Shown: piece after piece, positions 18,729-27,990 of the stretch | How the letters are laid out: each line of letters starts with the position of its first letter | Position numbering within the stretch: position 1 is the first letter of the stretch | DNA from: Mycobacterium sp. | Lineage (GTDB): Bacteria; Actinomycetota; Actinomycetes; Mycobacteriales; Mycobacteriaceae | NCBI RefSeq assembly: GCF_049802695.1 | Contig: NZ_JBARMY010000049.1 | Location: 1 to 44,703 of the forward strand | Direction: 5' to 3' | Length of the DNA: 44,703 nt | Position numbers and translations under genes: made by a program | The notes under the pieces: model-generated | What the model saw: the letters and a program-made list of their open reading frames with translations, nothing else | Told to the model about the DNA's origin: nothing | The model's database searches: none

Positions 18729-19585
18729 CGGTCGAAGCCTGGAAAGGTCCCGATCACCGACTCGCCGAACTCGTCGAGGGTTTCCGGCGCGGCGAAGTCG
18801 GCGAACCACACGTAGAACCGCTCGACACCGTGTCCGGCCAGCAGAGCGAAATGCTGTTTGAGTTCCGCGGCATCGCCGCAGACCAGTCCGGAGTCCAGAT
18901 AGCCGAACCGCCGGGTGCTCAACGCGCGCACTGCCTCCGGATCGGCGCCGCTGCGCACGAAACCCACCATCTGCTGAACCGACACCCGCGCCGTTCCTGC
19001 TGCTGGCACCAGGCGGGGCAACCGATCGATGCGGTTCACCGGCAGGTTCCACCAATCGGCGTGTTTCCGTACCAGTTTCATCATCCGGGGCCCCGTGCCA
19101 CCGAGAATCAGCGGGATCGGATGTTCCGGCAGCGGGGCCTGCGGTCGATCGGAGCCATCGCTGCGCCCCCAGTACTGCTTGAGTAACGACAGGTGGCGGT
19201 CGAGCTGTTCGACGCGCGCGGTCGGATCGTGCAGGCCGATGTCGAACCGGGTGAACTCGGTTGGCCACGAGCCGGAGCCCAGGCCGAGTTCGAATCTGCC
19301 GTCAGAGGCTGCTGAGAGCGTGACGGCCTGTTTGGCCAGCAGCGCGGGGTGCCGGAACGCGTCGCAAAGGACCAGGTGGCCGATCCGTAGCCGTTCCGTC
19401 TTGGCAGCGACCCACCCGGCGACGCTCATTGCCTCCCAAATGCATTCGTCGGGCTGCCCTGGCGCCTCGAGGTGATCGATGAATGCGATGCCGTCGAAGC
19501 CGCTGGCCTCCGCCCGCCGCGCCCGCTCGACGATGTCGGTGATCGCTAACCGCACCTGCGGCAGGAACAGAAACCACTCGGCCAT
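18725..19585 (-). CDS. Luciferase-like (LLM) flavin- or F420-dependent oxidoreductase
   Basis: AEASGFD....DHL, RLRIGHLV, RHPALLAKQA.TL..ASDGRFELGLGSG, HADWWN. TATTGT lies 8 nt upstream of ATG 19585. Confidence 0.9.
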   Translation of the reverse strand: MAEWFLFLPQVRLAITDIVERARRAEASGFDGIAFIDHLEAPGQPDECIWEAMSVAGWVAAKTERLRIGHLVLCDAFRHPALLAKQAVTLSAASDGRFELGLGSGSWPTEFTRFDIGLHDPTARVEQLDRHLSLLKQYWGRSDGSDRPQAPLPEHPIPLILGGTGPRMMKLVRKHADWWNLPVNRIDRLPRLVPAAGTARVSVQQMVGFVRSGADPEAVRALSTRRFGYLDSGLVCGDAAELKQHFALLAGHGVERFYVWFADFAAPETLDEFGESVIGTFPGFDR

Positions 19586-19642
19586 GGGTGACCACAATAC
19601 GGACCGAGGTTCGCGCCTCCGTCGGCGCCGACACCAGACGCG

Positions 19643-19668
19643 CTAGTTTGTTATTTTTGCTATGTTAA
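19643..19668 (+). promoter_or_regulatory. Cluster motif, copy 4, overlapping a probable -10 box
   Basis: CTAGTTTG-TTATTTTTG-CTATGTTAA. It shares 14 identical bases (TTTTTGCTATGTTA) with copy 1, and TATGTT ends 8 nt before ATG 19675. Confidence 0.75.
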
Positions 19669-19674
19669 CGCCTT

Positions 19675-20757
19675 ATGAGCGTGGGACCGGGCCCCGAGCA
19701 ACTGGCACTGCGCGACAGCGTGCGCGCGGTGCTGCGTGCTGAGAGCCCGCCCGATGTCGCGCGCCAGGTGATGACGGATCCGAAACGCTGGCGAAACCTC
19801 TGGGAAATCGCGGTCGAGCTCGGCTGGACGGAGGTCGCGGCCTTCGCGGCGGGCGGCGGCACCGCCTACGGCGCAACCGATCTGGTGCTGCTGCTCGAGG
19901 AGTCCGGCGCCGCCATCGCGCCGATCCCACTGCTCAGCAGCGTCGGCCTGGCCGCCGGTGTATTGCGCGCGGCCGGCCCGGTGACCGACAAGTTCCGTGA
20001 CGCCATCGCCGGTGGTGTGGTCGCCACCGCGGCAGTCCACCCGCTCGGGCGCCGGTTGCCCGGCGTGACCATGACGCTGCAACAAGGACGGTTACGCGGC
20101 AGCGCAGTCGCAGTCCCCGACCTCTCCCGCGCGGAACTGATCGTCGCACTCGCCGCATCGGACGACGGAGTGGTGGCCGTAATCGCCCACAACGGTGCGG
20201 ACATCACCAGCGCACCGGCGGCCGAGTCCACCAATCCGGCTCAACCGCTTGCAGATATCGAAGTCGACACCGTACCGGAGGCGGTTGCTCCCGTCGACCT
20301 CGACGCTGCGCTGGCAACGCCACTGCTCGCCGCGGCCGCCGACCTGGTCGGTGTGGCCGGTGCGGTGCTGGCCCGATCAGTCGAGCACGCAAAATCGAGG
20401 CGCCAGTTCGGCAAGCCGATCGGCGCCTTCCAGGGCGTCAAACACGCGTTGGCCGACAACTACGTGTTGCTGGAACGCGCCCGCAGCCTGACCTACGCCG
20501 CGGCGGCCCGGCTTGACGATCCCACCACCGCACCCGCTGCGGCATGGACGGCGGCGGCGCAAGCCAAGGCCACCGCGGGCGAGGCGGCGGTCAGCTCCGC
20601 ACGCACCGCGGTGCAGGTGCACGGCGCTATCGCGCAGACCTGGGAGCATGACATCCACCTGTATCTGCGGTGCGCCTGGCAGGGTGCCGCGACGCTGGGA
20701 GACAGTCGGGCGCTCTACTACGACCTGGGTCGTCGCTTCACCCGGGGCGCGGCGTGA
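19675..20757 (+). CDS. Acyl-CoA dehydrogenase, beta (non-catalytic type) subunit
   Basis: RRQFGKPIGAFQGVKHALAD, QVHGAIAQTWEHDIHLYLR; lacks the SEP..GSD and NG.K.W motifs. Confidence 0.9.
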   Translation: MSVGPGPEQLALRDSVRAVLRAESPPDVARQVMTDPKRWRNLWEIAVELGWTEVAAFAAGGGTAYGATDLVLLLEESGAAIAPIPLLSSVGLAAGVLRAAGPVTDKFRDAIAGGVVATAAVHPLGRRLPGVTMTLQQGRLRGSAVAVPDLSRAELIVALAASDDGVVAVIAHNGADITSAPAAESTNPAQPLADIEVDTVPEAVAPVDLDAALATPLLAAAADLVGVAGAVLARSVEHAKSRRQFGKPIGAFQGVKHALADNYVLLERARSLTYAAAARLDDPTTAPAAAWTAAAQAKATAGEAAVSSARTAVQVHGAIAQTWEHDIHLYLRCAWQGAATLGDSRALYYDLGRRFTRGAA

Positions 20758-21881
20758 CGGCCACCGACACGACCGCCGAAGTGGTCGCCGAGTTCAGCGC
20801 GTGGCTCTCCGACTTTCTGCCACCTGACTACTACGGCGAGCGTTACCGCGACTATCGGTGGGATCTCGGCCTACGGCGGGAATACCAGCGGGCGGCGTTC
20901 GAGTCCGGCTGGCTGCAGCCGACGTGGCCCGCCGAGCACGGCGGCCGCTCGCTGGGACTGCGCGAGGCGATGGAAATCCGCATCGAGGCGGCGATGCGCT
21001 CGGCGCCCAAACTGCCGAACATCGCCGGACCCAACGTCGTCGCGCCGGCGATCCGCCAATTCGGCACACCCGAACAGGTCGACCGCCTGTTGGTACCGCT
21101 GCTGCGCGGCGACGAGTGGTGGGCACTGGGCATGTCCGAGCCGGAAGCCGGATCGGACTTCGCCGGCCTGCGCACCCGCGCGGAGCGCATCGACGACGTG
21201 TTCCGGGTCAACGGTCACAAGATCTGGACAACGCAGGCACACCTGTCACGTTGGTGCACGCTGTACGCCCGCACCGACCCGGCGGCACCCAAGCACCGCG
21301 GCATTTCCTGCCTGCTGCTGGATCTCGCATCACCTGGCGTAACGATCAGACCCATCAGGATGGCGTCGGTTTCCGACGAGACGTTCTGCGAGATGTTCCT
21401 CGACGACGTCGAAGTGCCTGCGGCCAACCTGCTCGGTCCCTGCGACGGCGGCTGGCAGGTCGCACTGTCATCACTGCAACACGAGCGCCAGATGATCTGG
21501 ATCATGAACTGGGTAGAAATCCAGCGCGGGCTCAACTCGATACGGACCGCCTCGCAAAGTCAGGAAGCCGAGGACGTCTACACCGAATTAGGGTCGCTGC
21601 TCGCCGACGCCGAGGCGCTGCGCGCCACCGGATACCGGGCATTGAGCAATGAGCTCGACGGACGGCAGAGCCCGGAGGCGGATATCCTCAAGCTACTCGG
21701 TTCGGTTACGCTGCAACGGGTCTGGGAACTAAGCGCCGCAACAGCAGGGCCGCGTTGCAGCGAAGACCCGGATCTGCTGTTCGAACGCCAAGACGCACTG
21801 GCCGCGACCATCTACGGCGGAACATCGGAGATCCAGCGCAACATCATCGCCGAGCGGGTGCTCGGACTGCCGAAGGAATGA
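20754..21881 (+). CDS. Acyl-CoA dehydrogenase, alpha (catalytic type) subunit
   Basis: MSEPEAGSD, NGHKIWT, LQHER, IYGGTSEIQRNII; GTGA overlap with the previous gene. Confidence 0.93.
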   Translation: MTATDTTAEVVAEFSAWLSDFLPPDYYGERYRDYRWDLGLRREYQRAAFESGWLQPTWPAEHGGRSLGLREAMEIRIEAAMRSAPKLPNIAGPNVVAPAIRQFGTPEQVDRLLVPLLRGDEWWALGMSEPEAGSDFAGLRTRAERIDDVFRVNGHKIWTTQAHLSRWCTLYARTDPAAPKHRGISCLLLDLASPGVTIRPIRMASVSDETFCEMFLDDVEVPAANLLGPCDGGWQVALSSLQHERQMIWIMNWVEIQRGLNSIRTASQSQEAEDVYTELGSLLADAEALRATGYRALSNELDGRQSPEADILKLLGSVTLQRVWELSAATAGPRCSEDPDLLFERQDALAATIYGGTSEIQRNIIAERVLGLPKE

Positions 21882-23038
21882 CAACGATGGATTATGACCT
21901 CGGCGCCGACGCCGTCGAGTTGAGAGACCGGCTGCGACAGCTGATCACCGCACACATACCGCACGGCTTCCTGGGTGCCTGCACCGACGACCCGCAAGAT
22001 CTGGCGACCACCGAATCGTTCTGTAAGCTCCTGGCTTCCGAAGGCCTGCTCGCGCTGGCCTGGCCCGAAGAGCACGGCGGCGGCGGCGGCGGTTCGATCT
22101 GGCAGCAGACCGTGCTGCGCGAGGAGATGTGGGCGCATCACGAACCGCGCGGCCCGCAGTACATGGGCGTCAACTGGGTTGGCCCGGCGTTGATGCGCTA
22201 CGGCACACCCGAGCAGAAGGCCCGTCACCTGTCGGCCATCGCGGCCGGCGAAGTCATCTGGTGTCAAGGGTTCTCCGAGCCCGAAGCCGGAAGCGATCTC
22301 GCGTCACTGCGCACCCGCGCCGTGCCGGACGGCGACGGTTGGCGCATCACCGGCCAGAAGGTGTGGACGTCGTACGCGCAGATGGCGTCGTGGTGTGTGC
22401 TGGCGGCGTGCACCGACCCCGACGCCCCCAAGCCGCAGCGGCTCACGCTCTTCCTCATTCCGATGGACCGGGCCGGCATCACCGTGCGACCGATCCGATC
22501 GATGCTGGGTCCGCATCACCTCAACGAGGTGTTCCTCGACGGCATGCCTGCCGCGCCCGACGATGTCCTCGGCACGGTGGGCGACGGCTGGCGGATCATG
22601 CGCGAGGCGCTGGCTTTCGAGCGCGTCGGTATAGCCCGGTACGCGCGGTGCGAGTCGCTGCTGGACCGGATGCGCGCCGACCTCGGCGACGACTGGGACC
22701 GGCTGCCGGAGTCGCTACGCGTTCGTTGGGTACGCGCACTCGTCGACCTGCGGGTCGCCAGGTTGCTAGCGTATCGAGCCGTGTCGCTGCAGGACGACCC
22801 GTCGGCGGGTCCGGCAGCCAGTGCCGCCCGCATCGCAGCCACCACCTGCGATCAGCAGGTGGCCGAGCTGCTGTTCGAAGTGCTGGGGCCGTCCGCGCTG
22901 GACAGCGGTCCCTCGGCACCGCTGTTGGGTGCCATCGAGGACCACTGGCGTTACGCGCAAGCGGCCACCGTCGCGTCCGGAACCATCGAGGTGCAGCGGA
23001 TGCTGGTGGCACGTCAAGTACTGGGTAGTCGGCGGTGA
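21878..23038 (+). CDS. Acyl-CoA dehydrogenase, alpha (catalytic type) subunit
   Basis: WCQGFSEPEAGSD, GQKVWTS, LAFER, VASGTIEVQR; ATGA overlap (alternative start at 21887). Confidence 0.93.
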   Translation: MTTMDYDLGADAVELRDRLRQLITAHIPHGFLGACTDDPQDLATTESFCKLLASEGLLALAWPEEHGGGGGGSIWQQTVLREEMWAHHEPRGPQYMGVNWVGPALMRYGTPEQKARHLSAIAAGEVIWCQGFSEPEAGSDLASLRTRAVPDGDGWRITGQKVWTSYAQMASWCVLAACTDPDAPKPQRLTLFLIPMDRAGITVRPIRSMLGPHHLNEVFLDGMPAAPDDVLGTVGDGWRIMREALAFERVGIARYARCESLLDRMRADLGDDWDRLPESLRVRWVRALVDLRVARLLAYRAVSLQDDPSAGPAASAARIAATTCDQQVAELLFEVLGPSALDSGPSAPLLGAIEDHWRYAQAATVASGTIEVQRMLVARQVLGSRR

Positions 23039-23976
23039 AAACTACTCTGCCGCCGGATATCTCCGATTTCGCCAGAGTCGTGGCAAAGCGGTTCGCGTTG
23101 CTGGGCGGCCCGCAAGCCGCCCTGCGGGCCGAGACTGACGACGAGGTCCGCCGACAGGCGCGGCACGCGCTGGACGAGCTCGGCGCCTTCGATCTCGACG
23201 TCCGGTCGGCCGGCGACGACGCGCTGGCGGCCGCTGTGCTGTGTCAAACTGCCGGTGCGGCGGCGTTGCCATATCCGCTCGTCGAGGAACTGCTGGCCGT
23301 CGACGGCGCCCGGCTGGCTCTGGTCAACGCCGCAGGGCCGCGTATCGACCACGGCGATCTGCCGGGTGAGTGGGTCGCCGCCGATCTCGACTGCAATCGA
23401 TACGCTGTGCGGTTGTCGTCGCGAACCAGTGCCAAACTGGGGCCGTTTCTGGTGCCGGCTACTCTCGGCGAAGCGGAGGGCACGGTGCCCGCCGCCGACG
23501 TCAACCTTCATCTGATGTTGGGCTCATGGCGGATCCTGGGCGCCGTACAGCAATCGCTGAACATCGCCTGCGAGCATGTGCGGTCCCGCGTTCAGTTCGG
23601 CAAACCGCTGGCGCAATTTCAGGCTGTGCAATTCGCCGTGGCCGACGCGTGGGTCGCGGTGCACGGACTCTACGAACTCGCCAAGTTCACCATTTCCCGT
23701 CCGGAATCGACTCCCCGACAGACGCTTTCCGCAGACGCGCTGGTGCTTCGGCTCAAAGCCGTCGACACCGCACGGCAGGTACTGCGCACCTCGCACCAGC
23801 TACTCGGCGCACTCGGATTTTGCGACGAGTCCGACGTCAGCGTCCTGGACAGGCACACCCAACCGCTGATGCGACTGCCCCTGGGCGCCGAAGAGCTCGC
23901 ATTGCGGTTGATACCCGACGTGCGCGACGCCCACTTGGAAACCTTGTTCGCTCCGACAGCCCCGGAGACAGGATGA
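23035..23976 (+). CDS. Acyl-CoA dehydrogenase, short beta subunit
   Basis: RVQFGKPLAQFQAVQF, HQLLGALGFCDE; 313 aa; GTGA overlap. Confidence 0.88.
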   Translation: MKTTLPPDISDFARVVAKRFALLGGPQAALRAETDDEVRRQARHALDELGAFDLDVRSAGDDALAAAVLCQTAGAAALPYPLVEELLAVDGARLALVNAAGPRIDHGDLPGEWVAADLDCNRYAVRLSSRTSAKLGPFLVPATLGEAEGTVPAADVNLHLMLGSWRILGAVQQSLNIACEHVRSRVQFGKPLAQFQAVQFAVADAWVAVHGLYELAKFTISRPESTPRQTLSADALVLRLKAVDTARQVLRTSHQLLGALGFCDESDVSVLDRHTQPLMRLPLGAEELALRLIPDVRDAHLETLFAPTAPETG

Positions 23977-25475
23977 GCACCGGCCCGGTGACAGTCGGTC
24001 AGACGCTCGGTCAGGCGGACGGCGGAATTCCCTTCGGCATTCGGCTGCACGAGTTGGCCCGAGAACGCGGCCACGACCTTGCAGTCGTCAGCGTGGCGGC
24101 CGACGGCAGTGAGTCGACCCTGAGCTTTGCCGAACTCGACACCCAAGCCACTCAGTGGGGCCGCGCGCTGGCGAACTTTGGCGCATGCACCGGTTCGCTG
24201 GTGGCGCTGGCGATTCCGAACTCGGAGAGTTTGGTGTTGGCGGCTCTGGGCTGCTGGAAGATTGGAGCCGTCCCCGTCCCGATGCGCTGGGATCTGCCGG
24301 ACTGGGAACGGTCCCGGGTGCTCGACGTCGTCAACCCCGCCGTTCTCGTTGACGAGGAGCGCGCCGGTGTACTGGCGTCGCTTGCCTGCCGCCAGTCCGG
24401 CGACCCGCTGCCGACCGCGGTGTCGCCGACCGTCAACGGGATTTGCAGTAGCGGCTCGACCGGTGTTCCCAAAGTGATCCTGAATCTGGCCCAGTCAGTG
24501 TGGACACCGGACATGAGCATTCCTTTTCTGGCAGTGTGGGCACCGGTCGCCCAGCCTCAGACGATCCTGGTGCCCGGGCCGATGTATCACACCAACGGTT
24601 TCGCTCCGCTGACCAACCTCCTGGGCGGTGACCGGCTGGTGGTGCTGGAGAAATTTCACGCAACACTGGTGGTCGATGCGATCGAACGTCATCGCGTGAC
24701 GAATTTCACTGCCACGCCCACCATGCTGGCCCGTATCGCGGCGCTGCCCGATATCCGACACCGGGACTTGTCCAGTGTGGCCTGGATTCTGCAGGGCGCC
24801 GCGGTCATGCCGCATGCGCTGCTGCACAACTGGTTCGACTTGCTGAGCCCCGAGCAGGTGGTGATGGCTTATGGGATGACGGAGAACCTCGGCCTGACCG
24901 CGTTGCGCGGTGACGAGTGGCTGGCTCATCCGGGCAGCGTCGGCCGCGGCTTCCGGGGCACCGAAATCCGGATCCTCGATCCGGCCGGTAGAGCGCTTGG
25001 GCCCGGAAAACTCGGTGAAGTCTATTTGCGGGCACCGATGAGCGCGGGATACCGCTACCTGGGCGGCGCGCCGCCCTTGCCGTCGACGGCGGACGGCTTC
25101 CGGTCCGGCGGCGACATCGGTCATCTCGATGAGGACGGATACCTCTACATCGCAGACCGGCGTGCCGACATGATCATCAGCGGTGGAGCCAATGTCTTTC
25201 CGGCAGAGGTCGAGTGCGCGCTGGCTGAACACGCCGGCATCGCCGACGTCGTCGTCATCGGACTCGCCGACCCGGAATGGGGCCGGCGGGTGCACGCTGT
25301 GGTGCAGCCTGCCGACTCCGCGGCACCATTGACCGCGCAGGATGTGATCGCCTACGCCAAAAGCCGGCTCGCCGCCTACAAGGTCCCCAAGACGGTCGAG
25401 TTCGTCGACGAACTCCCCCGCACCGCGGCAACAAAAGTCAACCGCTCGGCGATGGTTCAGGCTCGCGGCGGCTGA
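23973..25475 (+). CDS. Acyl-CoA synthetase / acid-CoA ligase
   Basis: SSGSTGVPK, YGMTE, GDIG.LD.DGYLY, ISGGANVFPAEVE, PRTAATK; ATGA overlap at 23973 (the ORF-track extension to 23370 is spurious). Confidence 0.93.
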   Translation: MSTGPVTVGQTLGQADGGIPFGIRLHELARERGHDLAVVSVAADGSESTLSFAELDTQATQWGRALANFGACTGSLVALAIPNSESLVLAALGCWKIGAVPVPMRWDLPDWERSRVLDVVNPAVLVDEERAGVLASLACRQSGDPLPTAVSPTVNGICSSGSTGVPKVILNLAQSVWTPDMSIPFLAVWAPVAQPQTILVPGPMYHTNGFAPLTNLLGGDRLVVLEKFHATLVVDAIERHRVTNFTATPTMLARIAALPDIRHRDLSSVAWILQGAAVMPHALLHNWFDLLSPEQVVMAYGMTENLGLTALRGDEWLAHPGSVGRGFRGTEIRILDPAGRALGPGKLGEVYLRAPMSAGYRYLGGAPPLPSTADGFRSGGDIGHLDEDGYLYIADRRADMIISGGANVFPAEVECALAEHAGIADVVVIGLADPEWGRRVHAVVQPADSAAPLTAQDVIAYAKSRLAAYKVPKTVEFVDELPRTAATKVNRSAMVQARGG

Positions 25476-25640
25476 TCCGCCGGTCGCCACCGCAGCAGCA
25501 TGCTGAAAGAGGCGGACGCTGCACTGCCGCACGCGTTACAAGGTGGAGCGGTTGGCGACCTGCCCCGCATGGCTTGGCAGACGGAGACGCCTGTGACAAG
25601 TGTGATTTTGAAGCGTTCGGCCGCCGCCTGGTTCTCGCGC

Positions 25641-25655
25641 GGTAACCTCATTCTC
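25641..25655. promoter_or_regulatory. Imperfect palindrome, candidate TetR operator
   Basis: GGTAACCTCATTCTC, 28 nt upstream of the TetR-fusion ATG; 12 of 15 positions identical to 26733-26747. Confidence 0.55.
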
Positions 25656-25683
25656 AGCAGGCCGCGAACGAAGGGAAGCGCGC

Positions 25684-26706
25684 ATGGATACCCGCGACGA
25701 CGAACTCACGACGCGCGGTGACCGCTTCATCAAGACCGCGGTTGCGATTCTGGGTGAGACCGGCCGCACCGATTTCACCGTGCAAGAGGTCGTCGCGCGC
25801 TCCAAGACTTCGCTGCGCGCCTTCTACCAGCACTTCAACAGCAAGGACGAATTGCTGCTGGCGCTGTTCGAACGCACGATGGTTTCCTCGGCTCAGTCCT
25901 GGCGCGCCGAAACCGTCGGACTCGACGCGCACGCGGCGCTCAAGCTGGTCATCGACCGCCTCAGCGCCCGACCGGAATCGAGCACCCAGGACAGTCTCAA
26001 TCGCGCGCTGAGCCTCTACAACCAGCATCTGGCCGAAACTCGGCCCCGCGACTACGCGCGGGTGCTGTCGCCGCTGCATCAGCTGATCAGCGACGTCGTC
26101 GAGCGCGGCGTCACCGAGGGCGTGTTCCGGCCCCGGCTCGACGTCGGTGCGGCGGCGGCCATCGTCATGCAGACGCTGCTCGGCGCGCTCCGATTGCATT
26201 GGCTGGGCGCTGAATTGACTGGCACACCGGTCGACGCCGCGCAGCTGTGCGAATTCTGCGTCCGCGCCCTCGGCGCTACCGACGACTCCACTGCCGGGGC
26301 GCAGGTGTCGTCGCCGTCGTCGCTGGCTGATCTGTTCACCCGAATAGGGTTGCGGGAGACCGCCCAGGATGACGACGCGTACACCATGGAGATGCCGGTC
26401 CGCCCGCAGACGGTCAACACCGCAGGCGCCCTGCAGGGCGGGCTGATCGCCACGCTCGCCGACGTGGCGGCCGGCTCGCTAAGCCTTCGGTATCTGGCGC
26501 CGGGCACTGGCCTGACAACCACCGACCTGTTCATCCGCTATCTGCGGCCGGTCACCGAGGGCTCGGCGCGCGCGGTCGCCCGAATCCTGCGGGCCGGACG
26601 GCGTACCGTCGTCGCTCAGGTGGACATCTTCCGCGGCAGCGACGACGAACTCGCCGCCACCGCCACCGTCAACTTCGCGGTCGTGAACCGCGACGGCCGG
26701 CGCTGA
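25684..26706 (+). CDS. TetR-family regulator fused to a PaaI-type hotdog thioesterase domain
   Basis: N-terminal HTH FTVQEVVARSKTSLRAFYQHFNSKDELL, TetR-C region GVTEGVFR, a Ser/Ala linker, then VNTAGALQGGLIATLADVAAG...IRYLRPV...RAGRR. One uninterrupted 340-aa frame. Confidence 0.88.
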   Translation: MDTRDDELTTRGDRFIKTAVAILGETGRTDFTVQEVVARSKTSLRAFYQHFNSKDELLLALFERTMVSSAQSWRAETVGLDAHAALKLVIDRLSARPESSTQDSLNRALSLYNQHLAETRPRDYARVLSPLHQLISDVVERGVTEGVFRPRLDVGAAAAIVMQTLLGALRLHWLGAELTGTPVDAAQLCEFCVRALGATDDSTAGAQVSSPSSLADLFTRIGLRETAQDDDAYTMEMPVRPQTVNTAGALQGGLIATLADVAAGSLSLRYLAPGTGLTTTDLFIRYLRPVTEGSARAVARILRAGRRTVVAQVDIFRGSDDELAATATVNFAVVNRDGRR

Positions 26707-26730
26707 CCCCTTACCGCGCGCCGGGCGAAG

Positions 26731-26749
26731 GTGGTAACGTCATTACCAC
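26731..26749. promoter_or_regulatory. Palindrome, candidate TetR operator
   Basis: GTGGTAA-CGTCA-TTACCAC (7-bp arms) upstream of the gene at 26792. Confidence 0.65.
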
Positions 26750-26791
26750 TCGCCTGCTACAGGCTGATCCGAGAATTGTTAGGAGGTCGCC

Positions 26792-27985
26792 ATGCCGTCT
26801 CGCAAGCTGTCCTTCCCGGTGTTCGACGCCGACAACCACATGTATGAGCCGCAGGAGGCGCTGACCAAGTTCCTGCCTGACAAGCGCAAACACGTGATCG
26901 ACTACGTGCAGGTCCGCGGACGGACCAAAATCGTTGTGCGCGGGCACATCAGCGATTACATCCCCAACCCGACGTTTGAGGTGGTGGCCCGTCCGGGCGC
27001 CCAGGAGGAGTACTTCCGCCACGGCTCTCAAGGCAAGAGCTACCGCGAGATCCTGGGCGAGCCGATGAAGGCGATTCCCGCCTTCCGCGAACCGGCTCCG
27101 CGGCTTGAAGTCATGGACGAACTCGGCATCGACTATGCCCTGATGTTCCCGACGCTGGCCAGCCTGGTCGAAGAGCGCATGAAGGATGACCCGGAGATGA
27201 CTCACGACGTCATCCATGCGCTCAACCAGTGGATGTACGAGACCTGGACGTTCAACTACCAGGACCGCATCTTCGCCACGCCGGTGATTACCCTGCCCAT
27301 CGTCGACCGCGCGCTGGAAGAACTCGAATGGTGCCTGGAGCGCGGCGCCCGCACGGTGCTGGTGCGGCCCGCGCCCGTTCCCGGCTACCGCGGCAGCCGG
27401 TCATTCGGCCTCGAGGAATTCGACCCGTTCTGGCAGGCGTGCGTTCGCGCCGAGATCCCGGTGTCGATGCACGCCTCCGACAGTGGTTACTCCGAATTCG
27501 CGAACGTGTGGGAGCCGGGCGACGAATTCCTGCCGTTCAAGCCGACCGCCTTCCGGAGTCTGGCCATGGGCCATCGGCCGATCGAGGACGCGATGGGCGC
27601 ACTGGTGTGCCACGGCGCGCTGTCCCGTAACCCGGATTTGCGCGTCTTGTCGATCGAGAACGGCGCCGACTGGGTGCCGGATTTGTTCAAGGGCCTCAGG
27701 GGCGTCTACAAGAAGATGCCGCAGGCGTTCAACGAAGATCCGATCGAGGCGTTCAAGCGGTGCGTGTACATCACGCCGTTCTGGGAGGATCGGTTCAGCG
27801 AGATCGTCAATATGGTGGGTACCGACCGGGTGCTGTTCGGCTCTGACTGGCCGCACCCCGAGGGACTGAAGGACCCGATCACCTTCGTCGACGACCTCAA
27901 AGAATTCGAGGAAGAAGACGTCGCCAAGATCATGGGCGGCAACCTGATGAAGCTGATGAAGGTCGCCAAACCAGTCAACGCCTGA
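26792..27985 (+). CDS. Amidohydrolase-fold (Amidohydro_2) protein, possible PtmU3-like dimetal oxygenase
   Basis: FDADNH, P..DPFW, VSMH, SIENG, FGSDWPHPEG; AGGAGG RBS. Confidence 0.88.
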   Translation: MPSRKLSFPVFDADNHMYEPQEALTKFLPDKRKHVIDYVQVRGRTKIVVRGHISDYIPNPTFEVVARPGAQEEYFRHGSQGKSYREILGEPMKAIPAFREPAPRLEVMDELGIDYALMFPTLASLVEERMKDDPEMTHDVIHALNQWMYETWTFNYQDRIFATPVITLPIVDRALEELEWCLERGARTVLVRPAPVPGYRGSRSFGLEEFDPFWQACVRAEIPVSMHASDSGYSEFANVWEPGDEFLPFKPTAFRSLAMGHRPIEDAMGALVCHGALSRNPDLRVLSIENGADWVPDLFKGLRGVYKKMPQAFNEDPIEAFKRCVYITPFWEDRFSEIVNMVGTDRVLFGSDWPHPEGLKDPITFVDDLKEFEEEDVAKIMGGNLMKLMKVAKPVNA

Positions 27986-27990
27986 CCGAC

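Noticed and set aside
23370..23972. Apparent 200-aa N-terminal extension of the acyl-CoA synthetase (701-aa ORF)
   Set aside because: It overlaps the ACAD beta gene in another frame and is Arg-rich noise. The ATGA overlap at 23973 gives a normal 500-aa ligase. The same applies to the long ORF-track starts at 20670, 21755, 30567, 33525, 39637 and 40785.
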